Shown: in pieces, positions 1 to 10,214 of the stretch
Layout of the letters: the number at the start of each line of letters is the position of its first letter
Position numbering within the stretch: position 1 is the first letter of the stretch
IMG/VR virus record: IMGVR_UViG_3300037883_000122
Coordinates: 34,775-98,774 of that record
From: a virus
DNA: 64,000 bases
Strand: one strand, 5' to 3'
Translations under genes and position numbers: made by a program
Notes under the pieces: model-generated
Seen by the model: only the letters and a program-made list of their open reading frames with translations
Told to the model about the DNA's origin: nothing
Database searches by the model: none

Positions 1-685
1 CATTCGGCCACTGGTTCACTTCCAGATCGCGCGGCGACATCGTGGTGATGTCTTGCGTGTACTGCTTCAGGCCTGCGTATTCCGGTGCCACGAAGCCACG
101 GCCTTGACCGAACACGGTCGGCGAGAGGAACTTCGCGAAGATCGAACCCGTGCCGAAGAAGTGACCGAAGTAGTCGACATCGCTCGGGGCGGCGAGCGGA
201 GCACCAGCAGCCGGAGCCGCACCTTCCACGGTCGGCTTGTTGCGTTGCACACCTGCGTGGATGCCCGAAGCCGACACCGGTGCTTGCGGACGGCTTGCCG
301 AGACGGCGGCCGTGTGCGACTTCATTTCTTCGAGCAACGGCAGCACTGCCGCGCTGGCGGCAGCAGCAGCTTGTTCGATCGGCGAGATCCGCTTTGCGGG
401 CAGATTCGCTTGACCCACGTCAGCCACCTTAGCGATGGTCGGTGCCGTGCGTGCCGGAGCACTCGCGTGCGATGCAGCCTGACGTTCGACAGGCAGATGC
501 GCTTCGATCGCTTCGATGATCGACAGCGAGTACGAGATGTCGGCCATCACGGCCGACACCAGATTCTGCGTGAGGTTCAGCAGGTTGTGCAGGGCCGCTT
601 GTTGCTTGCCCAGACGATGCTTGAGCAGATCCAGCGGATTGAGCGTGGCTTCAGCCGGATCGACTTGTGCGTGTTCGTGACTCAT
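1..685 (-). CDS. Hypothetical protein, 3' end runs off the window (MSHEHAQVDPAEATLNPLDLLKHRL...)
   Basis: Not in the ORF track. ATG at 685-683 with AAGGA SD, directly downstream of sbcC, open to the window edge. The + ORF 53..721 is its antisense shadow. Confidence 0.8.
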   Translation of the reverse strand, partial: MSHEHAQVDPAEATLNPLDLLKHRLGKQQAALHNLLNLTQNLVSAVMADISYSLSIIEAIEAHLPVERQAASHASAPARTAPTIAKVADVGQANLPAKRISPIEQAAAAASAAVLPLLEEMKSHTAAVSASRPQAPVSASGIHAGVQRNKPTVEGAAPAAGAPLAAPSDVDYFGHFFGTGSIFAKFLSPTVFGQGRGFVAPEYAGLKQYTQDITTMSPRDLEVNQWPN

Positions 686-707
686 AGTCCTTCTTTCCTT
701 TCAGGCG

Positions 708-3194
708 TTAATGAATGGTAACGTGTTCGTTGTACTTCGCCGGAACAGTGATGTTCTTGGCATCCAGCACGCAAGTCTGCGCATTCGTAAATGAGCCGTA
801 ACCACTTTCGTAGTGCGAGATCATGTACAACTGCGAAAAGCTCTGCGTATCCATCAGGTTCTTGATACAGTTCGATGCCGCGGTGCGGTGCTCCAGGTCA
901 AAGCTCGCGCCAAACTCATCCAGGAGCAATGGTGCTTCACCTAAACCCAGATACTTCATGGCGACGACCTTGAAGGCCAGATCCACCACCTCTTGCATCC
1001 CACTGCTGCCGTTCTTGACGTCATCCACAATGTTCGCACGGGACTGCACCATGAGCGGGAACTTGTAGTCCAGCTCTGCCCCACGGTCCGTTGCAACGCC
1101 ACACGGTTGAATCTCCAGCGGGTACGTCCAGATCTTCTTGATGAGCAGGTTCATCTGCTTGACAAAGCGACGAATGAAACCCAACAAGCCTTCTGCGATC
1201 AGTCCATCGGTCGGTGACATTTCCTTGACCATCAACTTCAAGGTCTGTTCCCGCAATGCATACTGACGGATCGTATTTTCTAGCTCGGCGATGATGCCCT
1301 TCTGAAGCTTCATTTCCTGCAAGGCTTCACTCTTACGAGCGAGGCTCAGCTGCAACGCATTGATGCAGTTCTGGATCGCCTCACGCCGAATCATCTCCAC
1401 CAGTTCTTTGGTACAGTCTTCGGCTTTGTCGATCAGCGCTTCGATCTTCTTACCGGTTTCCTGCACATCCGACATCTGACGTCGATACGCGCTTTTAGAA
1501 TTGAGGTAGGTGTTCAACCGCTGCAACTTAACGGTCAGGTCTTCCACTGTCTTGGTGGTTTCCACCAGCCGCTCGGTCACTTCGTTCAGGTTCGCATCAC
1601 CCAGCTGTTCAGCCTGCTTGATGAGTTCCTTGATCTCCGTGATCTCGCCCTCGTACTTGTGGGCTTCAAGCTCCAGCATCAGGTCTTTCTTCAGCTGGTC
1701 CAGTTTCATCAAAGCGATCCGCGGTGCACGCACCACCATCTCTTCGTCGAGCAGGTAATCCCAGAACGGTTGCAGCGCAGGCCAGTTCTTCACACAGCGA
1801 CTGAAGTCCATGTAGAGGTTCACGTACTGGGTGAAGGTCTCCACTTCGTCTTCGAGCAGCTTGATCGCTTCCTGCACTTTGGTGATCTCATCAGTACGTT
1901 CCGTAATCGCTGTCTCGTACTTCTTGATCACTTCCGGATCGTAACCAATCTTCCACAGGTGGTGACAGTTCGGACACTCGACATTACCGTCGTCCTTGTG
2001 CGATTCCATGTGCTGCTTCTTGCCACTGAAGAAGTTGATCTCCTTTTGCTTCTGGAGGATCACATCCTTCTGCTGCAGGATCTTGGCCTTGGTCTCGTTG
2101 TTCCTCGCCTGACTAAAGCGTCGGTCCTCATTCTGCGGGATGGCGGAGAACGTTGCGAAGAGCAATTCAAAGATCGACTCCAGCGCATTGTTGGCATTGA
2201 CTGGATGAAAGCCTTCCAGACCCAAGGTGCGTTGGCCCAAGACCTGATTGCGTTTCTCCTGAGCCAGATGCAAACGACGCAACAGTGCATCGACACCTTG
2301 CGCACCGGTTTTCTTCAGGAGCTCATGCTTCTCAGTGAGCTTGCCGTGTTCTTCCGCAGACTTGGCCAAGAGCGCCTGCGTGGCCGCAATCTCCTGCTTG
2401 GTCTGATCGATGTCTTCGCTGATCTGTTCGACCGAGTCATAGCCCTTCCAGCCAAAGAAGGCCGAGCGATGACGCAACAGGTTGTTAGAGATCGTGTAGA
2501 GCTCGTCCAGGACCTCTTCTTGCTCGGTCATGAAGGTAGATACCGGACGAGGCAAAGGCGCCCGCTGGCGCTGCAACTGCTCGATCTCTACGTACAGTTG
2601 CTCCACTTCCTTGCCGAGTTTCTTTTCCTCTTCCTCGGTCGTGAGCTTACCCATCTCGGACACCAGCTTATTCTTCGCCAACTTCAAAGCGTGCGTCGAA
2701 CCGCTGGCCGCTTCCTTCAGGCGCATGTAGAGCCCGATCGCGTAGGTGAAGTCCGAGTCCGACAGCATCGTGAGCCACTTGCGACGATCCGTTGGTCCCA
2801 TCGAGTGGAACTTCACCAGATTGCGCAGCAGCTCATGAATGTCGTCAGTAATGCCAAATTCGGTTTGGACCAGCTTGCGCTGAACCGTGATGGTGTGACC
2901 ATCATTGAGTTCGGTACCGTTCTTGATGAAGCTGTGCTTGTTGCCTTCGCTGAACCAGCTTTTCAGAACGTAGGTGCTGCCACGGTGTGTAATCGTTATG
3001 GTTTTCGAGCCATCTTTACTGTATTCTTTCGGCTCAGCAGGAAGAGGCGTCAATTCCTTCATCATCGAGGATTTGCCGCTACCATTCGTGCCGAGGATGA
3101 GTTGGATGCGTTCGGCGGGTCGGATGACAAAGCGCGTATGGCCGTTCAAGGCGATGCGCTTGTACCCAATCAGCTCAAGTGAAGTTATTAGCAT
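708..3194 (-). CDS. sbcC: SbcC/Rad50-like SMC ATPase (phiKZ gp165-like)
   Basis: Walker A GTNGSGKS, long coiled coils, CPNC zinc hook, signature GSSGMQ, Walker B LLLDE, H-loop ISH. Confidence 0.93.
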   Translation of the reverse strand: MLITSLELIGYKRIALNGHTRFVIRPAERIQLILGTNGSGKSSMMKELTPLPAEPKEYSKDGSKTITITHRGSTYVLKSWFSEGNKHSFIKNGTELNDGHTITVQRKLVQTEFGITDDIHELLRNLVKFHSMGPTDRRKWLTMLSDSDFTYAIGLYMRLKEAASGSTHALKLAKNKLVSEMGKLTTEEEEKKLGKEVEQLYVEIEQLQRQRAPLPRPVSTFMTEQEEVLDELYTISNNLLRHRSAFFGWKGYDSVEQISEDIDQTKQEIAATQALLAKSAEEHGKLTEKHELLKKTGAQGVDALLRRLHLAQEKRNQVLGQRTLGLEGFHPVNANNALESIFELLFATFSAIPQNEDRRFSQARNNETKAKILQQKDVILQKQKEINFFSGKKQHMESHKDDGNVECPNCHHLWKIGYDPEVIKKYETAITERTDEITKVQEAIKLLEDEVETFTQYVNLYMDFSRCVKNWPALQPFWDYLLDEEMVVRAPRIALMKLDQLKKDLMLELEAHKYEGEITEIKELIKQAEQLGDANLNEVTERLVETTKTVEDLTVKLQRLNTYLNSKSAYRRQMSDVQETGKKIEALIDKAEDCTKELVEMIRREAIQNCINALQLSLARKSEALQEMKLQKGIIAELENTIRQYALREQTLKLMVKEMSPTDGLIAEGLLGFIRRFVKQMNLLIKKIWTYPLEIQPCGVATDRGAELDYKFPLMVQSRANIVDDVKNGSSGMQEVVDLAFKVVAMKYLGLGEAPLLLDEFGASFDLEHRTAASNCIKNLMDTQSFSQLYMISHYESGYGSFTNAQTCVLDAKNITVPAKYNEHVTIH

Positions 3195-3268
3195 TTCTAC
3201 TCGTTTTCCACAGCGTGATTCTGTCGTCAGACGATGGAATGGCTGTGTGATTTTTACCAGGACTGAAA

Positions 3269-4291
3269 ATGGAAGAACTTGTCAAAGCTCTCCAGGGGCA
3301 TGGCTCGCCTGAAGCGAGCATGAGTAAGCTGCAAGTTTACACGTACGGGACAGCGGCAGAGAACTTGGCGCTTAATTCATACGAGCTGGAAATCACCCCG
3401 CTTGAACACACGCCGATGGCGGACGGGGAACTGACCACCAACGCTCAGACTTCCACGACGCAAGGTATCGATCTCACAGGGGTCCAGTATCAGACCCAGA
3501 TGACGTCCTCAGGTACGATTCGAGCCACTTGGTTACCGTTGGGTCAACCTAACCGCATGACGCCGCCTAACGTGCGTCGGGGTGAAGAAGTGGTGGTGTA
3601 TCGCTTCGGGGATGTGGATAAGTTCTACTGGAATACGGCGCGCAATGACCTGATGTTCCGGCGACTGGAAACCGTGGTGTGGGCAATCAGTGGCGAAGTC
3701 ATCGAAGGCAAGAAGGTCGATCAGACCAACTCGTACTTTGTGGAATTCAGCTCGCACAAGAAAACCATCACGATTTCGACCAGTACGGGTAAAGCCAACG
3801 GTGAGAAGGTCTCGTACCAGGTCCTGCTTGATCCGGGTAATGGGATCTTCTCGATCAAGGACGATCTGGATAACTCGATGTTCTTGGACTCTACTCAGAA
3901 CCAGTGGCATATCCAGAACGGCGATGGGTCGTTTCTCGACATCACCAAGAAAGCCATGTCAGGGATGGCGGCGGATTCGATCAGCTGGAAGACCAAAGCC
4001 TGGTCGATCGATGCGTCCGACACCATCAGCGAGCAGACCACTGCACGCACGATGAAGGCGACCACGGAAACCGTGACGGCCACCACTACCCACAACGGGG
4101 ACACGATCCACGAAGGCAACATCGGCCTGAATGGTGACCTGACCACCGCACCGGGTAATGATGGTTCGGGTAAGATCAGCATCAAGGGTGAAGCCGAACT
4201 GCTGGGCGATCTGGACGTCAAGGGCAATCTCACTGCAGTGACGATTGAGGCCACTGAGTCGATCACGGCGCCGAACCTGCAGTACAACTAA
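3269..4291 (+). CDS. Baseplate central spike protein (phiKZ gp164-like; start may be 3320)
   Basis: OB-like N-terminus (ATWLPLGQPNRMTPPNVRRGEEVVVYRFGD) followed by beta-helix-like repeats (HNGDTIHEGNIGLNGDL, GDLDVKGNL). Divergent from sbcC as recalled for phiKZ-like phages. Confidence 0.75.
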   Translation: MEELVKALQGHGSPEASMSKLQVYTYGTAAENLALNSYELEITPLEHTPMADGELTTNAQTSTTQGIDLTGVQYQTQMTSSGTIRATWLPLGQPNRMTPPNVRRGEEVVVYRFGDVDKFYWNTARNDLMFRRLETVVWAISGEVIEGKKVDQTNSYFVEFSSHKKTITISTSTGKANGEKVSYQVLLDPGNGIFSIKDDLDNSMFLDSTQNQWHIQNGDGSFLDITKKAMSGMAADSISWKTKAWSIDASDTISEQTTARTMKATTETVTATTTHNGDTIHEGNIGLNGDLTTAPGNDGSGKISIKGEAELLGDLDVKGNLTAVTIEATESITAPNLQYN

Positions 4292-4300
4292 AAAAGTAGG

Positions 4301-4335
4301 GACATAGTGGGGAGGCCTGAGCCTCCCCTTATGCC
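4301..4335. terminator. Bidirectional hairpin GACATAG-stem-TTATGCC
   Basis: Stem ggggaggc/gcctcccc between convergent genes, no U-tract. Confidence 0.7.
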
Positions 4336-4341
4336 CTCGAT

Positions 4342-5622
4342 TTACGAGGCCGTGTTCCACGGATTGAAGCCCGACGGAATAGCATTGACCCACGCGGTAG
4401 CACCAGCGTTGATTGTCAACTCATCGGTGACCGCATCCAGCGAGACGCCCAGATAGACTGCTTGTGCTACGCCTGCAGCGACGGCCAGCAACGACAGCGT
4501 AATGCCGCCTACACCCGTTGCCGGATTCTGGTTGGCTACCACATCCCCGTTCCATTGCTGGGTGACAGGATTGTAGAACCAAGCCAGCTTCGCATTCAGA
4601 TCGATCGCGACCCCAACGGTCTGGCCTGCTGCCGGTGAGACACCCAGGTCCTGTGCAATCGCACCGTTGTAGCGTACCCCCGCATCCGCCCCACTAGGCA
4701 AGGCTTGGATCGAGATGCCATTGGTGTCACCACCCAACTCACTGGAGGTAAGTTGATTGGCGTTGCAGACACCGAAAGCGACCGAACCAACCAGCGTGTT
4801 GATGGTGGCTTCTGCATAGTACTTACCTGAGGTGTGCTCCACCGTACCACGAACCGATTCCCAACCTGCTGCCGTACTGGTGGCCGTGAGGTTAGCGTTC
4901 GACAGCGTGATGCCTGCCGGAACCAAGCTGGCGTCCAGTTGATCCGTCGGATTGGCCGGAGGCGTGGTACCGCTCAGCTTGTCGATATTGTCCTGCACGA
5001 ACTGCTCGAGCGTTGCGTAGGCTTGCTGCACACTTTGCAATTGCTTGGTGAGCGCAATGACCTGTGCTTCGGGTGTCACCGTATTGGTGATATTCGCCTT
5101 ACGGGCCGCCTCAGCAAGATTGTGATCCGACTGAGACACATTCGTCGTCGGGGACACAATCACCGTCGTGATCGCCACTTGCGTGAGACCAACCGTCGTC
5201 TTCACGAGGTTAGCCAGCTGCTGTTTCAGGAACGTGAGGTCCACGTACTCGGGCAACACCCCGATGTCGATCGCCAGCATCAGTGCCTGATACGGGATAC
5301 CGCCTGAAGCCGGAAAGCTGGCAATGAAGGTGGTCGGTACATAGACCACCGCGCCAGAGCTTGACTGCAGCGTGACGATACAGACACCCGCACCCAGGTC
5401 AGCTGTGTACTGATCTTTGAGCGAGCCCGCGTTCTGGCCTTCTTGCGGCACGTAGTACAGGGAGTAAGGATCACCCCCTGCTGCGATAATGCCCTGCAAC
5501 TGACGGACTTCCAAACACTTGTACGACGCGGTCGCGGAGATCAACGCATCGTACGGTGCTGTCAGGCTCCAGACACCGGTGGTACCGACATCTGGAACCA
5601 GGCTAGTTGTAATAACAGCCAT
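4342..5622 (-). CDS. Putative virion protein with C-terminal SPRY/B30.2-like domain
   Basis: C-terminus ITLSNANLTA...SGKYYAE...GQTVGVAIDL...IPSGFNPW fits the SPRY pattern. Cotranscribed with the upstream structural gene. Confidence 0.65.
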   Translation of the reverse strand: MAVITTSLVPDVGTTGVWSLTAPYDALISATASYKCLEVRQLQGIIAAGGDPYSLYYVPQEGQNAGSLKDQYTADLGAGVCIVTLQSSSGAVVYVPTTFIASFPASGGIPYQALMLAIDIGVLPEYVDLTFLKQQLANLVKTTVGLTQVAITTVIVSPTTNVSQSDHNLAEAARKANITNTVTPEAQVIALTKQLQSVQQAYATLEQFVQDNIDKLSGTTPPANPTDQLDASLVPAGITLSNANLTATSTAAGWESVRGTVEHTSGKYYAEATINTLVGSVAFGVCNANQLTSSELGGDTNGISIQALPSGADAGVRYNGAIAQDLGVSPAAGQTVGVAIDLNAKLAWFYNPVTQQWNGDVVANQNPATGVGGITLSLLAVAAGVAQAVYLGVSLDAVTDELTINAGATAWVNAIPSGFNPWNTAS

Positions 5623-5634
5623 GAGGTGCTCCTA

Positions 5635-6948
5635 TTACGACCCGAACTGCGTGTTCGACTTGGCAGCGACCAGGTAGTCGATCGTGTTGTAGTTGTAGAC
5701 GATGTACAGGATGCCATTACGCAGGAGCTTGGTGTAGCCCAACGGAATGCTCGAGTACTGTGTCATCGTCTCAGCCACCTGGATCATCACAGCCAGCGCT
5801 TGCAAGAACGTCTGCGTAGCCTGACTCATGCGGGCGAAGTCCGTCGAGGTCGACGACACGGCGATCAAATCCGGGAAGATCTGTTGCAGTTCAAACAGGT
5901 TGTTGCGGTTCTGATCCGAGCAGATCACACCAATTTGCAACGACTTATACGGGTGAGCCATCACCGTGCCGTGAGCATTGATATGAGCAGAAGGATAACT
6001 AGCGAACTGGGGAAGCAGCGCAAGCGTTGCCGACAGGTTCGCAATGGGGCTGTATACCGCCGACGCATCGCTGGAGCCACTAGCCCGGCCCGCAATGGCG
6101 ACGTTCTGCCACAAAGGGACCATCGTGACCTCCGAACGCTTGAAGATGTCCGGGAAGATCGCGACCCACTCATCACGGGTGTGCGAGCTGTTGGCCAGAA
6201 TGTAGGCTTCCAGCGCGTCACTGATCGAGTCGACGTTATCGCCCGCCATCCCGTAGAGGATGATGGTCCAGTTCGTCGGGATCAGATTAGCAGCATTGTT
6301 CGGATCGTTCCAGTCGTACACCATCGTGATGATGTCCGACTCGGGATGACCTGCCTTGGCCGTGTTGACGTTCACCATCAACTGCGGCACCGTCACAGCG
6401 TTGACTTCAGCGAGCACCGACGAAGCAGCCTTAAAGAAATCGTCGAGCGGGGTAATCGGCGGCACGATGACGATCGTGAACTCGTCGTACTGGGACTGGA
6501 AACTGCCATCTGCCAACCAGATGCGGATGAAGGAACCCGGCGTGGCGAGATCCGTCCAGCTCACCCATTCGGGCACCCAGTGTGTCCCGTCAGTCACCAT
6601 GGCGCCCGACTGGAACGTGTTGGCAATCGTCTGGAACTGGGTCAGTGCACCAGCAAGCAACTGATCCGCGTACAGCTGGCCAGCGTTTTGCAGGGTCTGG
6701 TTGTAGAACCAGGCACAGATCTTCAGTACACGAGTCGCTAGATCGGAATCGACCACTTGGGCCGTTCCATCCGTGGCGCTCAAAAATGAGAGCAGCGTCA
6801 GATTCGGCGCGTTGGTTTGGTCAACGTATTCCCCGACGTCCTGGGAGTACGTGCGCGAGATCGTCGAGATTTCACCAATCGCATTGGTGGTGCCCGGCGT
6901 ATTGTTTGCGAACAGGCCATGCGTCGCAAAACCTTTCAGAGTGTACAT
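5635..6948 (-). CDS. Putative virion structural protein (phiKZ-like)
   Basis: 437-aa ORF with good SD (GGAGA) and phage codon usage, in a structural-gene context. Confidence 0.6.
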   Translation of the reverse strand: MYTLKGFATHGLFANNTPGTTNAIGEISTISRTYSQDVGEYVDQTNAPNLTLLSFLSATDGTAQVVDSDLATRVLKICAWFYNQTLQNAGQLYADQLLAGALTQFQTIANTFQSGAMVTDGTHWVPEWVSWTDLATPGSFIRIWLADGSFQSQYDEFTIVIVPPITPLDDFFKAASSVLAEVNAVTVPQLMVNVNTAKAGHPESDIITMVYDWNDPNNAANLIPTNWTIILYGMAGDNVDSISDALEAYILANSSHTRDEWVAIFPDIFKRSEVTMVPLWQNVAIAGRASGSSDASAVYSPIANLSATLALLPQFASYPSAHINAHGTVMAHPYKSLQIGVICSDQNRNNLFELQQIFPDLIAVSSTSTDFARMSQATQTFLQALAVMIQVAETMTQYSSIPLGYTKLLRNGILYIVYNYNTIDYLVAAKSNTQFGS

Positions 6949-7052
6949 CGAGGTCTCTCCAGCAAATCACAGGTCGTTGACACAGTGCGTGACAATGTGT
7001 CGGAAATCGATTAGAATAAAACTAAGCATAAAATGAAGCAATAGGGGTTATC

Positions 7053-7490
7053 ATGCTGGCATGGAAAACTGTTACCCTCTTGTGGCCGTTTCTAAAGGAG
7101 CTTTTTCTGGGGAAGAAGACGCTCCGGGAAGCCCTCAAGACAAACAAAGGGCGAGTCTTTGTGATCCTTGGGATCATTGGCTCGGTGATCTTGAACGTTT
7201 GGCTGGTCCCCAACATTGTCCGCATCTCCGCAGACTACGTAGACCTGAAGCACAGATACGATGACTTGAAGAAGTCTGACGATACTAAGCAGCCTGCGCC
7301 GCCAACGCCTCCGACCAAGGTGAAGACGGACATCGCCGCTGCCAAAGTTACTGACTCACTGCCCGCTGGCTATCGCTCTCCGGCAAGTGCGCCGGAAGTT
7401 CCCACGGCGACGGTGCAGCAGTGGTCCAGTTACGACGACACGCTGTCGCGGTTTAGTGCGATTGCTCAGCGTGAGCGGCATCAACGGTAG
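7053..7490 (+). CDS. Putative inner-membrane spanin (i-spanin)
   Basis: Single N-terminal TM segment (VFVILGIIGSVILNVWLV), short coiled coil, Pro-rich linker. Lies directly upstream of a lipoprotein. Confidence 0.6.
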   Translation: MLAWKTVTLLWPFLKELFLGKKTLREALKTNKGRVFVILGIIGSVILNVWLVPNIVRISADYVDLKHRYDDLKKSDDTKQPAPPTPPTKVKTDIAAAKVTDSLPAGYRSPASAPEVPTATVQQWSSYDDTLSRFSAIAQRERHQR

Positions 7491-7500
7491 GTAGAAGAAC

Positions 7501-7956
7501 ATGAGATTTCTCAAATACGCTGTAGTGCTGGCCATCGGCCTTACGGGGTGCAATAGCTTTAACACGTACGATCAGGCCGCTCAACACCAGGGGCAGGTGA
7601 AGAGCACTAAGGATGACAAGGGCTTCTGGAATAAGATCTTCGGCAGCGATGAGGCTGCCAGCGATCCGACCGTGGTCGAAACTGTCAACCCCAACCCCCT
7701 GGTCGCTACACGGGATGAGCGGGGGCAAACGCTGTGTCCGACGGCTAAGCTGGCAGCAGTCCCTGGGCTGCCGCCTTTGCCAGACGATCAGCTGAAGCAA
7801 CTCAGCCCGAAAGACAAGGATGCGATCATCGCACTGCTGACCAATCACATCGACGAGCTGCGTTCTTACGCCAGCAAAATCCGTGATCAGAAGAACGGTG
7901 AACGTGCCCGCTACATGGCTGATTGCCGCCGCTGGATCATGCAGCATCAGCAGTAA
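7501..7956 (+). CDS. Lipoprotein, putative outer-membrane spanin (o-spanin)
   Basis: Signal peptide II with lipobox LTG-C, Pro-rich stretch (VPGLPPLP), two further Cys. Confidence 0.65.
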   Translation: MRFLKYAVVLAIGLTGCNSFNTYDQAAQHQGQVKSTKDDKGFWNKIFGSDEAASDPTVVETVNPNPLVATRDERGQTLCPTAKLAAVPGLPPLPDDQLKQLSPKDKDAIIALLTNHIDELRSYASKIRDQKNGERARYMADCRRWIMQHQQ

Positions 7957-8013
7957 AAAAATGCTTTTTTGACGGGGTAGGGTCATGTTCTGCGACAGAC
8001 CCGCCCCTTAAAC

Positions 8014-10158
8014 ATGACGACTTCTACCATTCAAGATTGGCTTCAATCCAATCTATCGCTTTATGTCCATGGGGATTTACGCAAGCGTATTCCTTTGCCG
8101 GGTGTGTATGCGATTTATTTCCCTTTGACTGATGAAGTCTTCTTCGGGCAGACCAAGCACCTGTACCGAGGTCGTCTTAAACACCTACGTGCTTTGAAAC
8201 GGGGTGTAGCCGAAAACAAGGGTTTGCAACGAGCATTTAAGGAAGGTAAGCGAGCCTTTGATTTCTACTACATCAACCTCCCTCAGCAGGTCTCGAAGGA
8301 GGTAGCGCAGGACTACATTGGCCTGCACCACGATCAACCTTACCTACTGAATGAGGCGAGGGCCGAACGGACTCACAAAGTACATTCTACTGCGCTGGCG
8401 GATAGTCTGACGAGTCCGAACAAGTCTGATTCGGTAAGATTAGAAAAGAAAGGATTACAGCGTATGGCTAGTATCGTTACAGCACAACCGGAAGTTATTC
8501 CGGTGATCATCCCCGCGGTCTCAGACGAAGAAGCCCCCACGGCTAAAGTCATCAAACAGACACAGATGCTCACGGATGCGCCGTTGGGTGTCGTGTACCA
8601 CACGGATGGTGGTGCGCGTCCCAATCCGGGTCCTGGAGGCTGGGGCATCCACGGCTATCTGTACCGTGCCGTGAAACCGAAGAAGGGTTCGGGTAATCCG
8701 GACCATGTGTTGACCGTCGACGGGTATCACGCCAAGGCGGATTACAACAAGCAGAAGGAACTCGACTGGGGTCCGGAAGATTTCCAATACTGGCTCGACA
8801 ATCCGTTGGGTCGCAAGAAGTATCTGGAAGTCATGCCGGTCAACTACGTGGATGGTTACGGCTGGTTTGCCGAACCGGTCACGAACAACATCGCGGAACT
8901 GGTCGCTGCGACTGCAGCACTGGAACACGCGGCGCAGTTCGACGTAAAGGTGGTCCAGATTCGAGCGGACAGCCAATACGTCTGCAAGGGCTTGGCTGAG
9001 TATGTCCCGGCTTGGATTCGTAACAACTGGATCAAGGTCGATGGCTTTCCGGTCAAGAACAGCGAGTACTGGAAGAAGCTGGTAAGTGCTCGTGATGTGC
9101 TGGTGAATCGGGGCGTGGTAGTTCGTGTCGACTGGATCAAAGGTCACAATGACCATCTCGGCAACGAGTTGGCCGATCAGGCAGCAACGATCGGTGTGAT
9201 GAAGGCCCAGCAGTTGCTCTTTGGTAAGCCGTGGCAGTTCAATCCCGATGGTCCCGCAGTCGTGGCCTATTCGGATCTCACCACGGACGAAGCCGAGGGC
9301 TATTGGAAGTACGACACGGAGAAACATCCGTTCATTTCCATGCCGCGGATGTATTTCAACACCTGTGAGGAGTATTGTCTTCCGGGTGTGTACTATCTCG
9401 GCAATGGCAAGGAAGAAGAACATCCGGGTAAGCGAATCTCTGACGGTGCATTCGCTGTGATTAAACTCGCGGAACCGGACAGAGTGCTCGAACTGGTTCG
9501 CCGGTATCAGAGCAAACTGGCCGATAACGTTATGGCTCTCGCCCAAGCGCGTCTGGACTTTATCTATCGTCCGGACATCCACAAGAAGCTGATCGATCAT
9601 GGTCCGCTCGTGATGGTTCAAAACGACCCGTCGCGACTGGATACCTACGATCTACACAGCCTCGACAAGGACAAGCAGAAGGAGCCGATCACTCGTGAGT
9701 TGAGACCGCCGCACTTGGCCATGCGCGCGGTAGAGAACGTTGAGCTGCTCACACAGAAGCTCAATCAGTATCTGTCGAAGGACCCGGACGTCGTTGTCAC
9801 GGATCTCACTGACATACTTTATGAGAAGAGTCAAAAAGTCGTCAAGAAAGAGACGGTCGACATCTGCACGCTAAATCCGAAATACAACGTCGGGTTTGCG
9901 GCACTCGAAGTCAATGCCAATTATAAGACGGACGAGGGTATTTCGTCTGCGCCAGTGATCCTGACACTTGGCATTGACCTCATCGATCGGAACGCTCTGA
10001 AGCGGCTCGAGACGTCTCATCCGAAAGTCAGCCTTATCAGCTGGCTGGAGGCCCCGCACATTTTCCGTTACGCTTCGGTCATTGAGATCGACGGTTGTGT
10101 CGGTATCTGGGCGGGACTGTATTCCAACGTGCGAATTGTGACACCGCAATCCCGCTAA
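8014..10158 (+). CDS. rnhA: RNase HI with in-frame N-terminal degenerate GIY-YIG domain (probable second start at 8464)
   Basis: RNase H motifs HTDGGARPNPGPGGWG, TNNIAEL, ADSQYV, WIKGH, NELAD. N-terminus GVYAIY...FFGQT...R..H...LQRAF...LLN. Confidence 0.88.
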   Translation: MTTSTIQDWLQSNLSLYVHGDLRKRIPLPGVYAIYFPLTDEVFFGQTKHLYRGRLKHLRALKRGVAENKGLQRAFKEGKRAFDFYYINLPQQVSKEVAQDYIGLHHDQPYLLNEARAERTHKVHSTALADSLTSPNKSDSVRLEKKGLQRMASIVTAQPEVIPVIIPAVSDEEAPTAKVIKQTQMLTDAPLGVVYHTDGGARPNPGPGGWGIHGYLYRAVKPKKGSGNPDHVLTVDGYHAKADYNKQKELDWGPEDFQYWLDNPLGRKKYLEVMPVNYVDGYGWFAEPVTNNIAELVAATAALEHAAQFDVKVVQIRADSQYVCKGLAEYVPAWIRNNWIKVDGFPVKNSEYWKKLVSARDVLVNRGVVVRVDWIKGHNDHLGNELADQAATIGVMKAQQLLFGKPWQFNPDGPAVVAYSDLTTDEAEGYWKYDTEKHPFISMPRMYFNTCEEYCLPGVYYLGNGKEEEHPGKRISDGAFAVIKLAEPDRVLELVRRYQSKLADNVMALAQARLDFIYRPDIHKKLIDHGPLVMVQNDPSRLDTYDLHSLDKDKQKEPITRELRPPHLAMRAVENVELLTQKLNQYLSKDPDVVVTDLTDILYEKSQKVVKKETVDICTLNPKYNVGFAALEVNANYKTDEGISSAPVILTLGIDLIDRNALKRLETSHPKVSLISWLEAPHIFRYASVIEIDGCVGIWAGLYSNVRIVTPQSR

Positions 10159-10214
10159 CCTATGAGGGCTGCATCTTTTTACCGTCAAGTGTAGCTCTAT
10201 TGGAGTTCTGCCCT

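Noticed and set aside
6977-7018. TTGACA and TAGAAT upstream of the spanin genes as a sigma70 promoter
   Set aside because: The spacing is far longer than 17 bp.
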